From assembly GCA_018985225.1 (NCBI GenBank), contig JADGIF010000637.1, forward strand, positions 1 to 5,666: a stretch of 5,666 bases of DNA, given 5' to 3'. The translations under genes were made by a program, and so were the position numbers. The first letter of the stretch is position 1. Each line of letters opens with the position of its first letter. Of this stretch, positions 5,480 to 5,666 are shown piece after piece. The notes beneath the pieces were generated by a model. The model saw only the letters and a list, made by a program, of their open reading frames with translations, was not told the DNA's origin and made no database searches. Source of the DNA: Amoeboradix gromovi X-113 (Eukaryota > Fungi > Sanchytriomycota).

Positions 5480-5665
5480 CTAGACTAAGTCGTTTTTAAA
5501 GGTGCTCCATACGGAGGAAATGCTATCATTAATAAAAGATCTTCTATTATACCAGTTTTCTTTCATTACTTTCAATCCCCTCTTCATAATAGAAGTAGAA
5601 GACCCTGCATCTCGTTCAAATATATGAGGTCTTTGAGCATCTACGCAAAAGGTGCATTTTCTTAG
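5480..5665 (-). CDS. C-terminal 61 codons of a gene entering from the right edge; candidate TnpB/Fanzor-like Zn-finger plus RuvC-III end
   Basis: Manual translation: LRKCTFCVDAQRPHIFERDAGSSTSIMKRGLKVMKENWYNRRSFINDSISSVWSTFKNDLV*. It is open to the window edge and ends in TAG at 5482-5480. CxxC-x10-RDxGSSxSIxxRGL parallels the TnpB/Fanzor CxxC...RDxNAAxNIxxxG motif. Confidence 0.45.
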   Translation of the reverse strand, partial: LRKCTFCVDAQRPHIFERDAGSSTSIMKRGLKVMKENWYNRRSFINDSISSVWSTFKNDLV

Positions 5666-5666
5666 A

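Noticed and set aside
1-5666. Functional gene cluster or operon linking kinase, Tea4, RhGC and prefoldin; CRISPR array; tRNA/rRNA; alternative genetic code
   Set aside because: Adjacency is explained by genome compaction. No repeat-spacer array or RNA gene was seen, and TAA/TAG terminate conserved proteins at the expected positions.

Overview
AT-rich, very gene-dense, apparently intron-poor eukaryotic DNA in the standard genetic code, most consistent with an early-diverging zoosporic fungus. Left to right: (1) the 3' part of a divergent CMGC kinase resembling CDK20/CCRK or Csk1, with HHD and DFP in place of HRD and DFG; (2) a Tea4/Bud14-like SH3 polarity scaffold with a PP1-docking motif and RA-like domain(s); (3) an intact rhodopsin-guanylyl cyclase fusion (BeGC1/CyclOp type) with a short N-terminus and unusual retinal-pocket residues; (4) a convergent prefoldin beta subunit (PFD1-like) whose stop is 2 bp from the cyclase stop; (5) about 0.6 kb of unassigned, possibly decayed sequence bracketed by short repeats; (6) at the right edge, absent from the ORF track, a minus-strand 61-codon C-terminus (CxxC...ERDAGSSTSIMKRGL) resembling the Zn-finger/RuvC-III end of TnpB/Fanzor RNA-guided nucleases. 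A sanchytrid or Blastocladiomycota-related origin is my guess from compactness plus a ~530-aa rhodopsin cyclase. All family comparisons are from memory; no search was run.
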